Origin: Candidatus Poribacteria bacterium
GTDB lineage: Bacteria > Poribacteria > WGA-4E > WGA-3G
NCBI GenBank assembly: GCA_965214095.1
Contig: OZ243938.1
Span: 2,336,001-2,400,000 of the forward strand
Direction: 5' to 3'
Length of the DNA stretch: 64,000 bases
Shown: positions 38,679-49,597 of the stretch, in pieces
Numbering within the stretch: the stretch's first letter is position 1
How the letters are laid out: each line of letters starts with the position of its first letter
Made by a program: the position numbers and the translations under genes
Notes under the pieces: model-generated
What the model was told of the DNA's origin: nothing
What the model saw: only the letters and a program-made list of their open reading frames with translations
Database searches by the model: none

Positions 38679-40628
38679 CTACGGTGTAATCAATATAGGT
38701 TCAACACCTTGTGATTCCTGAATTTGTTGCTTCAGTGCTGATGCTTCAGACCTATCTGTAAATGTTCCGATTGTCACACGATGCATCGCTTGTCCGTTGA
38801 CCGTAACTGTGTAAATCTTTACTGTCTCATTCGGATATAGTCGTTGTAGATTTTCAGACAACATATTCGCATTACGCCTTTCACCGAAAGAACCAACCAT
38901 CAATGTTAATTTAGGTGTATCATTCACCGTCTGTGTTTCGCCACTTGTGCTTCCACTACCGAATTGCAGTTGTGTTTGCTGAGTACTCTGATTACCAGCA
39001 GCATCTTGAACATTTAATGTAAATTTATAGGTTGTCGTTGTCAATTGTGGGACCTTCGTTAGAACAATCGTTTCAGGTGGTGCACCTACACCTTCACTGT
39101 TTTCAACGAGGTTGTTATTTGTATCAAATATCTCAAGTTTCCAATTGGCAATTTGATTGATTTCCCACACTTTCACACCAACGCTTTTGACACCAGTTTT
39201 TGAAAGTTCAATTGTTGTTGGAATTAGGTCTACCGTGAGTTTTTTGCTGTTCCTGAGATGCACATTTCCTTGTGCATCAACAATATGCAATTGAAGGACG
39301 TAATCCCCATCCGGAACTAATTTTCCATCATTTCCCATACCGTTCCAATCAATATCCGCTTGCGGTGAACCGGTTCCAGTTTTTTCCCAAACCGCTTCTG
39401 TATAGGCATCGCGTAACGTCAATTTCCATGTTTCATTCGCTCTCGCTTTGAAACGGAATGTAGTGCTATCCTTAATTCCATCACTATTTGGAGAAATTGC
39501 AACTTCAGTGAGTTCCAATTCATCTGGAGACCCTACAGGTTTCGCATCAGGATTTAACGTTTTCGGCATGAGAATCGTAGATGCTGTTTGTGTATCGGCT
39601 GTATTTTGGGTTTTTATATCCACGGTCGCTTCAGTCGTATCGGGTTTAGTTGGAGCAGATTTGCGTCTATTTTCGCCCCATCGTAACGTTGCTGTAATCC
39701 AGTGTAGGCTTTGGTCTAACTCACCACCACTGACATGTGCATAATCCAACTGTCCGGATGCATTCCGAAAACTTATGCCCTGTGTCCACTGTCCAGCACT
39801 GAATCTATCGGATGCGGTTAGTGCTGTATATCCTACCCGTACCCCGAAGTGATTGTTGAATAGCCACCGTTCTGCACCAAAGTGTAACCGCAGACGTTCA
39901 CCCCATTCGGCATTGTTCTGTCCACGAATAGCAAAATCTGCAGATAACAAGGTTGCTCTGTCCGGACGATATGTAGTTCCGAAACGTGCTGCTAACGGAA
40001 GGCTTTCATTTACCGGTTCAATCAACTCACCATTACCATTCCGTATCCCGTTGCTTAATTCAGATAGATTCATACCGAAGGTAATAGAATCACCCAATTT
40101 TTCCAACGGATACGTGAATTGCATGCCAATATCCATGCTCCAGAGAAACTTGTTTATATCCGGTTCATTGTTCTGAAAGTAGCGTAGGTTTGCGCCTGCG
40201 GATGCCTGTGGTCCCAATGCTAATCCGTAACCTAAAAGCACAATCTGTGTCGACTCATTGTTGGTATTGCTCCAACCGTTGAACCAGGATGCAAGAGATA
40301 GACTTCCGACATTTTTATTTGTTAAACCCAATGTGTATGGACTCGCTGATAGCGAGAACGCCTGATCTGGTCCTGACGGTTCCCCAGAAAACGGAATCGC
40401 CCCCATATTTACTTCCAATCCATTCATAAATCCAAGTGAAGAGGGGTTCCATAGAAAGCCGTTATTTGTGGAGGGTCCCGCTGTGAATGCACTCCCCATG
40501 CCAACCGCACGAGCACTCGCACCGACAAAAATATCACGATGGTCTATTCCAGAAGAACCTTCTGTGACCATCACATTTCCTAACATAAATACTACAAAAC
40601 TGATCATAACAAGAGTTTTCAGTCTCAT
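38679..40628 (-). CDS. PorV/UPF0164-like beta-barrel + FlgD-type Ig domain + C-terminal SPOR domain
   Basis: 'GASARAVGMGSAF...WNPSSL'; 'ISPNSDGIKD', 'WNGMGNDGKLVPDGDY'; 'VGSFGERRNA...HRVTIGTF'. Confidence 0.75.
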   Translation of the reverse strand: MRLKTLVMISFVVFMLGNVMVTEGSSGIDHRDIFVGASARAVGMGSAFTAGPSTNNGFLWNPSSLGFMNGLEVNMGAIPFSGEPSGPDQAFSLSASPYTLGLTNKNVGSLSLASWFNGWSNTNNESTQIVLLGYGLALGPQASAGANLRYFQNNEPDINKFLWSMDIGMQFTYPLEKLGDSITFGMNLSELSNGIRNGNGELIEPVNESLPLAARFGTTYRPDRATLLSADFAIRGQNNAEWGERLRLHFGAERWLFNNHFGVRVGYTALTASDRFSAGQWTQGISFRNASGQLDYAHVSGGELDQSLHWITATLRWGENRRKSAPTKPDTTEATVDIKTQNTADTQTASTILMPKTLNPDAKPVGSPDELELTEVAISPNSDGIKDSTTFRFKARANETWKLTLRDAYTEAVWEKTGTGSPQADIDWNGMGNDGKLVPDGDYVLQLHIVDAQGNVHLRNSKKLTVDLIPTTIELSKTGVKSVGVKVWEINQIANWKLEIFDTNNNLVENSEGVGAPPETIVLTKVPQLTTTTYKFTLNVQDAAGNQSTQQTQLQFGSGSTSGETQTVNDTPKLTLMVGSFGERRNANMLSENLQRLYPNETVKIYTVTVNGQAMHRVTIGTFTDRSEASALKQQIQESQGVEPILITP

Positions 40629-40742
40629 TTTATTAACTCCATCTATTTTTTCTTTTGTGCAATTTGAAGGTAAATTCCCTCTGTAATTTTAACGCCTAAG
40701 TAGTATAGTTGGGTACAAGTGATATTTTGGTGAGTGTGATTA

Positions 40743-40845
40743 TATAGTGAATTATAAATATAAGTTGACACTTTCGACCCACGGTAGGCGAGGTTTCCTA
40801 ACCTCGCCGATGCAGAGGGTTCAAGTAATTTCAAAATCTACTATA
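40743..40845. mobile_element. MITE-E copy
   Basis: Near-identical to 17435-17537. Confidence 0.8.
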
Positions 40846-40933
40846 AAAAGGTTTTTACACACTTAATAATTCCCTTGCCTCAAGCCATTAAATATGAGAA
40901 AATAGACTAAACAATACATACAGGAGTGAAACA

Positions 40934-41230
40934 GTGGAAGAGATACGAGAACTTGCGACGTTATTAGAATCAGGGATTGCTGAATACGATGATCAGTTGA
41001 AAATCTTGCAATCAGAACGACTAAAATATATCCGACTGTCAATGACAAACGGGTTCGGTAAGGAAGATGGTGATTCCAAAGAGTCTTGGTTATTACATCT
41101 TAAGCAACTTGAAGATTCATTGTCCCTTCGCCTCAGAGCATTGAAGCAAGCGATCGTGGACTCCGCTTTATCTTTCCAACAATCCGAAGCAGCGAAACCA
41201 GAAGCAGAGAAACCAGAAGAAAAAAAATAA
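40934..41230 (+). CDS. Small coiled-coil hypothetical protein
   Basis: AGGAG RBS with GTG start; 6 bp before the next gene. Confidence 0.65.
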   Translation: MEEIRELATLLESGIAEYDDQLKILQSERLKYIRLSMTNGFGKEDGDSKESWLLHLKQLEDSLSLRLRALKQAIVDSALSFQQSEAAKPEAEKPEEKK

Positions 41231-41236
41231 TCAACA

Positions 41237-44200
41237 ATGCTATCCCGTTCACCACATTCAATCACACATATAACATGTCTTATAATAGTGCTCTTTCATG
41301 GTGCTGTCCTTAGTGCAACTTCCCAAGAAACAGATATTGACAGGACTATCAAGGATGCGATTCATCACCAGAATTTGGGTTTAGCGTATCTTGAAGAATC
41401 GCAACCTACAAAAGCTACCACAGAATTTTCAACACTCGTTGAATTACTCCCTGATGAAGCGATAGGCTATGGTAATCTTGCTGTTGCGCATTTACGGTTG
41501 CAGCAGAACGACCTTGCTGAGGAATGGATTAAACGTGGTATTGCTGCCGTCCCAATGGATAGCCAATTGCATTTTATCTTGTCTGAAGTCTATCAGGTAA
41601 AAGGGGAGAGTGAGAAGGCGATAGATGCATTAAAAGAAGCAGTGCGTTTATCCCCAGATGAATTGGAATTTCGTTACAAACTTACACGATATTACCTTGG
41701 ACAGCGAAAGGTTCCAGATGCTCAACGTGAGGCAGTTCGCCACTTACAGGAATTATACGCGCGTTCTCCTGTTAACGTGGTTGTCTTAATGAAGTTAGCA
41801 CAAGCACTCATCGGACAGGAACGACTTGAAGATGCTGAAAAACACTGTCAGGAGTTGCTGATTTTGTTGGGAGACACAGATGCTGAAAAATTAGCTTTGC
41901 TTACAAAGGGAATAGAAGCCATAAAAGCAGGAAATCAAAATGATGCATCACGGAATATCCGTTTTTTTGAGAACGTGCATCGGGCAAGTCCGCGCTATCA
42001 ACAGGGTATCGGTGAATTAGTGACTGACATCCTCGGACACCCGATAGAGACATTTTGTCCAGGTTTCAAAGCGCGACTCACTGCAAGAAAGAGTCCGCCT
42101 ATCAAAGTGGAATTTGTTGATGTCACAGAAAAACTTGGTCTCGTCAGCCTTCAAAGAGATAGGATAGATCGCGCATCCATTTCACTACTTGATTACGACA
42201 ACGATGGCAACTTAGATATCTATTCAACATCAACTGGGTTACTCCGTAATGATGATGGAAAGTTCCTTCTCGCCCCATACTTTCAAGACTTCGTGGTTCA
42301 ACCCCCATTAAACCTGCCAATCCACACTTACACTGATCTGGATAAAGATGGCACACAAGAAATCCTATTGCAAACCCAAAGTGGTATAACATTGCTGCGC
42401 AGGGATTCAGAGGAAAAATGGGGTGCAGCTCCCATCATTTGGCATCAGCAGGAAACTGGCAATACCGGTGTTCTTCTCCCCATTGACTATGATCATGATG
42501 GAGACCTTGACCTCTTTTCTGGACGATCTGGTGTCCAAATGTATCGGTATAATGGGAATGAGACTTTTATTGATGTGAGTGATAAGACCTTTGTAACTGA
42601 AGATAAAGAGAATGAATCGAAGACGCAGCAATCCTTATCAGAGGCTTTCGCTGCAGATTTTGATGACGATGGTGATATTGATATATTTACAATACATTCC
42701 GAAATAGGGTGCACACTATATGATAACCTTCGTCAAGGCAAACTCCGTGCTATTACTGACAAAACGGGAATCTCACAAGAGGCACATTATACATCAGTTG
42801 CTATAGGGGACTATGACAACGATGGTGATATTGACCTGTTTTTGGCATCTACGAAAGGGACACATCTCTATCGCAATCGAGGTGATGCGACTTTTGTTGC
42901 TGATATGCGTTCAAAACAGACTTTTGAAAAACATAACGACCAATCAACTAAACTAAAAAGTCTTGATTACGATAATGATGGATTTCTTGATTTATGGATA
43001 ATTAGCAAGCAAGGGTTATTTCTCTATAGGAATGATGGAACAAGCATGTTCACCGAAGCAAGTTCTATCAAAAATACGACCATACCCATGGAAAAAGGCA
43101 TCGCCGGTGCTGTCGGGGATTATGACAATGATGGAGATTTAGACCTATTCTATATCAACGATAAAGGACAACTTCGCGCACTTCAAAACAACGGTGGAAA
43201 CCAACATAACTGGATTCAGGTGAAATTGGAAGGCATCACTACTGGGAATAACAAAGTAAATAGAGATGGCTTCGGTTCAAAACTTGAGGTGAAGGTAAGC
43301 GATTTATATCAACTGCAATATGCTTCACAGCAGACAGCACATTTCGGTTTGGGTACTTATGACGCAGCAGATGTTGTGCGTGTTGTGTGGACAAACGGAG
43401 TGCCGCAGAACGTCATCGAACCGAAGGCAAAGCAACGGATTTCGGAGAAACAGATATTAAAAGGGTCATGTCCTTTCCTGTATGTGTATGATGGGGAGAA
43501 ATACGAATTCGTTACAGATCTACTCTGGCGTGCTCCGTTGGGACTCATCACCTCTATGGGGTTTGTCGCACCTGACGAAACAAGGGATTTTATTAAAATA
43601 TCGTCTTCTCAAATCCAACCGAAATCTGGTAAGTATTCTATTCAGATTACAGAGGAATTGTGGGAAACTGCCTATTTTGATATGGTCAAGTTGATTGCAG
43701 TTGACCATCCTGCTGATACGGACATTTATGTAAACGAACAATACACTCCACCTCCATTTGCTGAATTCAAGATATACGGAGTTTCAGACAGATTATTTCC
43801 GATATCTGCCATAGACCATCTTGGTAATGATGTTTCTGATGCTCTAAAGAAATCCGATTATCGTTATGCAGTTGAACACGCGCCAGGTCCTTACCAAGGC
43901 GTTGTTGAACCACATGCAATCATCCTTGATCTCGGTGATGTAGCCGATGATGTTCCAGTTACACTCTATCTCAATGGTTGGATCTTCCCAACGGATACCA
44001 GCATCAATGTTGCCTTGTCTCAAAATCAAAGAATAAATCCCGGTTTTCCTTCGGTTGCTGTGAAGGACGAAAATGGTCAGTGGAAAACCGTGATTGATAT
44101 GATCGGTATTCCTGCAGGAAAAAATAAGACTATCACAGTTGATCTGACAGGTAAATTCTTGTCAAATGATCGGCATGTTCGGATTGAAACAGATATGCAG

Positions 44201-44743
44201 ATATACTGGGATGCAGCATTTTTCACAGTAGGTGCACAAAACGTTCCGATGATAACCACAGAATTGAATCCTGACAGTGCGGACCTACACTACAGAGGTT
44301 TTTCAGAAATGTATCGTCCAAACCCGCACGCACCGCATCTATTCGACTACCAAAAGGTCACAAAAGCCGCACAGTGGCGCGATCTTGAGGGGTTTTACAC
44401 TCGCTACGGTGACGTGAATCCACTATTGCAGGAAGTTGATGATATGTATGTTATCCTCAATGCAGGAGATGAAATTACAGTTGAATTTGACGCATCGCGT
44501 CTACCTGCTCTAAAAGACGGTTGGACACGGGATTTCATTTTATACAGTGATGGATGGGATAAAGACGGAGATATAAACACCCTAACATCGCAGACGGTTG
44601 AACCGTTACCGTTTCACGGCATGTCAAAATACCCATACCCAAATACTGAACATTATCCGAATGACGAAGCACATCAACGTTATCGTCTTGAATACAATAC
44701 ACGCCGCGTGACACACCGTTTGCCACTATTACCTCAAAAGTGA
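41237..44743 (+). CDS. TPR + FG-GAP/VCBS repeats + ASPIC/UnbV (CRTAC1-like) protein
   Basis: Repeated 'DYDNDGDLDL'; 'HFGLG...VRVVWTNG'; 'KGSCPFLY' C-terminal domain. Confidence 0.88.
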   Translation: MLSRSPHSITHITCLIIVLFHGAVLSATSQETDIDRTIKDAIHHQNLGLAYLEESQPTKATTEFSTLVELLPDEAIGYGNLAVAHLRLQQNDLAEEWIKRGIAAVPMDSQLHFILSEVYQVKGESEKAIDALKEAVRLSPDELEFRYKLTRYYLGQRKVPDAQREAVRHLQELYARSPVNVVVLMKLAQALIGQERLEDAEKHCQELLILLGDTDAEKLALLTKGIEAIKAGNQNDASRNIRFFENVHRASPRYQQGIGELVTDILGHPIETFCPGFKARLTARKSPPIKVEFVDVTEKLGLVSLQRDRIDRASISLLDYDNDGNLDIYSTSTGLLRNDDGKFLLAPYFQDFVVQPPLNLPIHTYTDLDKDGTQEILLQTQSGITLLRRDSEEKWGAAPIIWHQQETGNTGVLLPIDYDHDGDLDLFSGRSGVQMYRYNGNETFIDVSDKTFVTEDKENESKTQQSLSEAFAADFDDDGDIDIFTIHSEIGCTLYDNLRQGKLRAITDKTGISQEAHYTSVAIGDYDNDGDIDLFLASTKGTHLYRNRGDATFVADMRSKQTFEKHNDQSTKLKSLDYDNDGFLDLWIISKQGLFLYRNDGTSMFTEASSIKNTTIPMEKGIAGAVGDYDNDGDLDLFYINDKGQLRALQNNGGNQHNWIQVKLEGITTGNNKVNRDGFGSKLEVKVSDLYQLQYASQQTAHFGLGTYDAADVVRVVWTNGVPQNVIEPKAKQRISEKQILKGSCPFLYVYDGEKYEFVTDLLWRAPLGLITSMGFVAPDETRDFIKISSSQIQPKSGKYSIQITEELWETAYFDMVKLIAVDHPADTDIYVNEQYTPPPFAEFKIYGVSDRLFPISAIDHLGNDVSDALKKSDYRYAVEHAPGPYQGVVEPHAIILDLGDVADDVPVTLYLNGWIFPTDTSINVALSQNQRINPGFPSVAVKDENGQWKTVIDMIGIPAGKNKTITVDLTGKFLSNDRHVRIETDMQIYWDAAFFTVGAQNVPMITTELNPDSADLHYRGFSEMYRPNPHAPHLFDYQKVTKAAQWRDLEGFYTRYGDVNPLLQEVDDMYVILNAGDEITVEFDASRLPALKDGWTRDFILYSDGWDKDGDINTLTSQTVEPLPFHGMSKYPYPNTEHYPNDEAHQRYRLEYNTRRVTHRLPLLPQK

Positions 44744-44754
44744 AATATTTTCAC

Positions 44755-45981
44755 CTACGAATTCGTTTCAACTCGCAGTAAAGGAACATATAAACAAACA
44801 GTGGCGATTATCAGAATCACAGCCAAAACGGCATAAGAATATGCATTATTACTATATAACCAACCGTTGAAGAACCCGTTAAAGAACGATTTGACGACTG
44901 TCGGATGTGTTGATTTTTCATACAACCAACCCCCAAGAAGTGGACCTAAGATTCGTCCTAAACTTAAAAACGCATCCATAATTCCAATCGCCGCACCTTG
45001 TCCAATCCGTGTCTGCTTAGAAATCCAAGATGTGTTCGTTGGACGTATGAGTTGGTTGCCGATGCCAGTAATTGTGAGATAAACTGTTAACGTAGCGAAG
45101 TTTATAGCGTATAGCAAAAGCACCATACCGAGAGCGTTAAGCAGTAAGCCTGCCATAATTATCCATCTTTCACCTATCCAGTTGATCAACCTTCCGAGCA
45201 ATCCACCTTGTATCGGAACGACAATCGCACCCATGATCATAAACATCCATCCCATCTCTCTCTGGTCATAACCCCATTTATCTTCAATGAATAGTGGAAA
45301 TGTCGTTTCCAAACCAGCGAAACTTAAGTTGGTAAAGAACGCTACAAGGAATAAAGGGATAAGCGGTGATTTCAATGTTGGCTTACGGAAAATCTCGTGT
45401 GGTGATATCCATTCGTGTCCTTCAGCAATGGCATCTTCCTGAAGCGACTCCGGGAGTATTGAAAGAACAAATAGAAAAGTCAAAAATGATAACCCACCAG
45501 CAACAAAGAAGGGCATATCATGGCTTCCCATCACGCCGCCAATGCCTGGACCAAGGATAAATCCAAGTCCCATTGCTGCACCCATCAGTCCCATGCCTTT
45601 ACCGCGTTCCTCTGATGTGGTTACATCAGCAACATAAGCCATTACACTCGGTAACACCGCAGCAGAAGCGATACCTGCTGCACTGCGTGCCATGAATAAC
45701 CAGATATACTCATTTGCTAATCCAAAAGCAGCTAACGCAACAGCGTTCCCAAGTAAACCGAACATAATTGCCGGTTTCCTGCCGTATTTGTCTGACAACC
45801 TACCCCAAATCGGCGCGAACAGCAGTTGCATTCCAGAATAGATAGATAATAATAATGCGATTTCGGTTGGGGTTGCTCCTATTTCCTTTGCGTAATAAGC
45901 AAGGTTTGGAATTATGATGCCAAACCCAAGCATTACAAAAAATAGGGTTAGAAACAGGAGAAGAAGTTTGGATTTTTGCAT
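44755..45981 (-). CDS. MFS transporter (TetA/DHA1-like)
   Basis: Motif A 'GRLSDKYGRKP'; motif C 'GLGFILGPGIGG'. Confidence 0.92.
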   Translation of the reverse strand: MQKSKLLLLFLTLFFVMLGFGIIIPNLAYYAKEIGATPTEIALLLSIYSGMQLLFAPIWGRLSDKYGRKPAIMFGLLGNAVALAAFGLANEYIWLFMARSAAGIASAAVLPSVMAYVADVTTSEERGKGMGLMGAAMGLGFILGPGIGGVMGSHDMPFFVAGGLSFLTFLFVLSILPESLQEDAIAEGHEWISPHEIFRKPTLKSPLIPLFLVAFFTNLSFAGLETTFPLFIEDKWGYDQREMGWMFMIMGAIVVPIQGGLLGRLINWIGERWIIMAGLLLNALGMVLLLYAINFATLTVYLTITGIGNQLIRPTNTSWISKQTRIGQGAAIGIMDAFLSLGRILGPLLGGWLYEKSTHPTVVKSFFNGFFNGWLYSNNAYSYAVLAVILIIATVCLYVPLLRVETNS

Positions 45982-46043
45982 TCGTAGGTTCTATAGGTAG
46001 ATTCTGCACATTTAGGATTACCGCAAATTGTGCAGTATCAACT

Positions 46044-46072
46044 ATTATACATGTGCTTAAGGGGTATGTCAA
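46044..46072 (-). promoter_or_regulatory. Consensus sigma70 promoter for the MFS gene
   Basis: TTGACA-N17-TATAAT on the - strand. Confidence 0.7.
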
Positions 46073-46176
46073 TATTAAACGAAAATCCGAAGAAGGAATT
46101 CAACCATGATTTGCAATTTCAACCAATATATGATAGAATAGGTCTATAATCTAAACATCTTATTTTTTAGAAATAA

Positions 46177-46288
46177 TACCATTTCTAATAGAAAACGCCG
46201 CATTTGTGTAGCACAAACTGCCAGCTTGTGCAGTCGTTCAAGACATTCTTAACAAATGTTAATGGGATAAACATTTATAGAAATGGTA
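46177..46288. mobile_element. MITE-D (112 bp, same TIR type as MITE-C, TAA duplication) with GTAGCACAAACTGCCAGYTTGTGC hairpin
   Basis: Second copy at 62478-62589. Confidence 0.82.
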
Positions 46289-46306
46289 TAACAACAAGGT
46301 TAGCTC

Positions 46307-47014
46307 ATGACATTTTTCAAGAGATATATTGCCCTAATATTGATTTTTATCGTGATTTCGTTCTTGTGGGGAACTTTGGTGTTGTACCCGCTCAAGATAT
46401 TCGTTGTATTTATGCATGAGGTGAGTCACGGACTTGCTGCATACCTAACGGGAGGCAGTATCGTTGAGATTGAGATAAATCCGCAACAGGGTGGACACGC
46501 GCTAACGAAGGGTGGTAACAGATTTATGATACTGACTGCGGGTTATCTTGGTAGCCTGATATGGGGCGGTATTATCTTGCTAATGGCAGCAAGAACCCAT
46601 TTTGATAAAGCCATTAGTGTGTTAATTGGTATCGGTATGGTAGGGATTACTATCGGCTTTGGCTCGGATATGTTTACCTATCTTTTTGGTGTCGGTTTTG
46701 GCGTAGTGCTTATTGCTTTTGGTTTATTTCTGCCAGAGGTTGCAAATGATTGGATATTACGCGTGATCGGTATTACAAGTTGCCTCTATGCTATCCTTGA
46801 CATTAAGAGTGATATTCTGGATCGGTCACATTTACTTTCTGATGCGCGGATGCTTGCAGAACTGACAAAACTTCCAACACTGTTTTGGGGTATAGTGTGG
46901 ATTGTCATTGCTATCGGACTGACTATATGGTTCCTCTACATAGCAGGAAAATCGACCGATTCGCCTGAAGTAGAATCTGAAGAAGTAAGTTCAGTTACCG
47001 AGCGGCCTTTATAG
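46307..47014 (+). CDS. M50B-like membrane metallopeptidase
   Basis: 'HEVSHG', 'AGYLG', 'SDA'; multiple TM helices. Confidence 0.88.
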   Translation: MTFFKRYIALILIFIVISFLWGTLVLYPLKIFVVFMHEVSHGLAAYLTGGSIVEIEINPQQGGHALTKGGNRFMILTAGYLGSLIWGGIILLMAARTHFDKAISVLIGIGMVGITIGFGSDMFTYLFGVGFGVVLIAFGLFLPEVANDWILRVIGITSCLYAILDIKSDILDRSHLLSDARMLAELTKLPTLFWGIVWIVIAIGLTIWFLYIAGKSTDSPEVESEEVSSVTERPL

Positions 47015-47125
47015 CGATCACAACTTGTATCAGTTCACGGGGTTATTGATATCCTGTTTACAAGAATGGGTCCAGAAACCCATCCTACAATGAATATAAG
47101 ACCAAGAATCAATGGCAAATAAATA

Positions 47126-47926
47126 CTAATATGACTTAATCACACCCCATCTGGTTGCTAATTTGTCCTGTGGATCAATGCCAAGGGCACTTTTTAATCC
47201 GACATTCCGAATGGAATTAATCTGCTGTAAACTCAAATCCACATTAAAGATAGCAACTTCATCCATTGAACCGTGCATAAAAGTGTGGTTAGCCAACCTT
47301 GCCCCTATATTGACTGCTTGGGTGTCAATATTGGTGTCCATCGCAAATTCGGTTCCCTCTTTTGCCTGAAGTTTACCATCTACATAGAGATCGTGGTCTT
47401 TCACTTGATCTGACCCTTTTGGAAATACCACAGCACAATGATGCCATTCACCATCACATACATTGTCTGTTCCGAAATTGTTACCACCGTTGACTTCAAC
47501 ACGCAAATTGCATGCATTACCTCGGACATGCGACCGGATGTAGTATTTTTGAGTAGAAACGTTCACTCCTCACTTAACCCAAGAATGGTCGCGAACTACA
47601 TCAGATTTAAACCAGAAGACCGTCGTTCTTGGGTCTGTACCACCAATGCCGTTATATCCTGTAACAATGAGATTATCATCGTTACCATCATATTCTAACG
47701 CTTTTCCGAACATACCATCAACCCTTTTCGCACCAGTGATTTCACCATGTCGTCCATTCCCAGAAATATCTTTAGCAACGTTACCATCATTTTCGTCTAA
47801 TAGGTAAGCCACCTCAACGGTACCCGCATCAATCGTTGCTGCAAAACTGATATAGGGAATTAACAGTGTAAAAACGATAGAACTCAGTAGGGTGATTTTC
47901 ATCGTATTCTGACTTCTGAATTTCAT
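47126..47926 (-). pseudogene. LamG-domain gene with one in-frame TGA (47570-47572)
   Basis: The two ORF-track fragments are in frame: HSWVK*GVNVST; ends 'IDPQDKLATRWGVIK'. Confidence 0.8.
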
Positions 47927-48334
47927 TTTCCCTCCAACGTTAATATTCAAGGATATAGTTTTTGTGATCAATAATTGTTGAAACTACTAACAAGGCAGTT
48001 TAGCAGAATAACTTTGAATAAACAATAGAAATATTGACAACAGTAGATTGACAAAACACTAAGGTAGCAATAAGACGCTGTTTCAAATTCTCAATTATCT
48101 GCTTCGCTTAATTCGATGCTTCAGCAAGAACTTTTTCATACTCATACGTCCAATCAACTACCTTATACCCACAGTTGCTATAGAAGAGCAGTGCGCGGTA
48201 ATTTTCCCAGTTAGTACTAATCGCTGCATGTTGATATCCAACATTATGCATCTCTTGAAGTGTGTAATTCAGTAGATAACGTCCTAATCCCTGTCCTTGA
48301 AACTCCTCTTCAATGCCTAACCATACAGTTTCAA

Positions 48335-49597
48335 CTACCCAAGCCTAAAGGCCTTTGGATTGTTAAGAGGTTCAAACAGCGATAACTGAATGATTTTCTT
48401 CTCCATAGCCTTTGTTGCTTCGTTCTTGTTTCTCGTTTCATAGAGGGTGGTAACCCACCGCTCTCCACGACGGGCAGCAGCTGCCCGAAAAAGTATGTTT
48501 ACTGCAGCGTTGTGGTCTCGGTCAAGCGAGTGTCCACAATATCCGCAGTTGAATGTCCGCACCGATAGCGATAACTTTTTCGGTGCTTTCTGTCCGCAGC
48601 AAGAGCAAGTTTGCGAGGTGTTCTTCGGATCAACTTGGTGGAAATGGAAACCGTCTCTTTCGGCTATGTTCCCACACCACTCAAAGAAGTGTGCCCAAGA
48701 CGCATCGCTGATACTCTTGCTGAGGTGTTTGTTCTGAACCATATTGGCAGTATTTAGATTTTCGGTTACCAAGACATTATTTTTCTTATGATGGTAGAGT
48801 TTGTAAACAAGTTTACCGATAAAGTCTCTGCGTCTGTTTACAGTGCGCTCCTGATGTAAAGCGAGTTTGTGTTGTTGTTTCTTTCTACGGTGAGACCCTA
48901 ACTTTTTACGAGAAAGGTCTTTAGCGTGCTTGCGGAGTAATCCCTCCGCTTTGCGATACCAACGCGGGTTGTCAACTTTTTCACCCGCAGATGTCGTCAA
49001 ATAGTGGTTCGTGCCGACATCAACGGCAACAGCACGGGTCGGTTCCACTTTCGGCGTATCACCGATGTCGCAGGAGATATGTGCATACCACCCGGATGCT
49101 TTTTTCACGATAGTAACCTCTTTCGGATCACCTTGGATGGGACGGGACATTCGCATCTTGATTTCACCGAGTTTGGGCACAATCAGTCTATCTAAACGAT
49201 GCTTCGTTGGACGAATAGGATTTTGACGAATGCCTGCTTTGTTCTTACGTAGACTCCAGGTGAGAGAACGGATACGTTTGCGATAGCGTGGGAATCCCGG
49301 TTTTTCACCGCCTTGTTTGACACGACGGAAAAAGTTCGCAAAAGCTTTGTTCACACGTTGAAGTGCGTGTTTCTGAAACTCTTGCGGCACAATGTCGAAG
49401 TCTTCATACTTTGCACGTGCTTGTGTCAGAAGTCGACACTGTTCAGCATAACTTACAGAACGTTTCTCTTCTTCATACGCACGCATACGATTCAGTCGCG
49501 CTGAGTTGTGTAACTCACATAAATGCGAAAGATATTGATATAGCTCCGTTTCTTGCGTAGGTGTCGGATACAAGCGGTATTTGAACGTTAAAACCAT
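48335..49597 (-). CDS. tnpB: RNA-guided endonuclease TnpB
   Basis: 'FKYRLYPT' HTH; RuvC 'VAVDVG', 'VTENL', 'DRDHNAA'; Zn finger CSCC...CGYC. Confidence 0.95.
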   Translation of the reverse strand: MVLTFKYRLYPTPTQETELYQYLSHLCELHNSARLNRMRAYEEEKRSVSYAEQCRLLTQARAKYEDFDIVPQEFQKHALQRVNKAFANFFRRVKQGGEKPGFPRYRKRIRSLTWSLRKNKAGIRQNPIRPTKHRLDRLIVPKLGEIKMRMSRPIQGDPKEVTIVKKASGWYAHISCDIGDTPKVEPTRAVAVDVGTNHYLTTSAGEKVDNPRWYRKAEGLLRKHAKDLSRKKLGSHRRKKQQHKLALHQERTVNRRRDFIGKLVYKLYHHKKNNVLVTENLNTANMVQNKHLSKSISDASWAHFFEWCGNIAERDGFHFHQVDPKNTSQTCSCCGQKAPKKLSLSVRTFNCGYCGHSLDRDHNAAVNILFRAAAARRGERWVTTLYETRNKNEATKAMEKKIIQLSLFEPLNNPKAFRLG

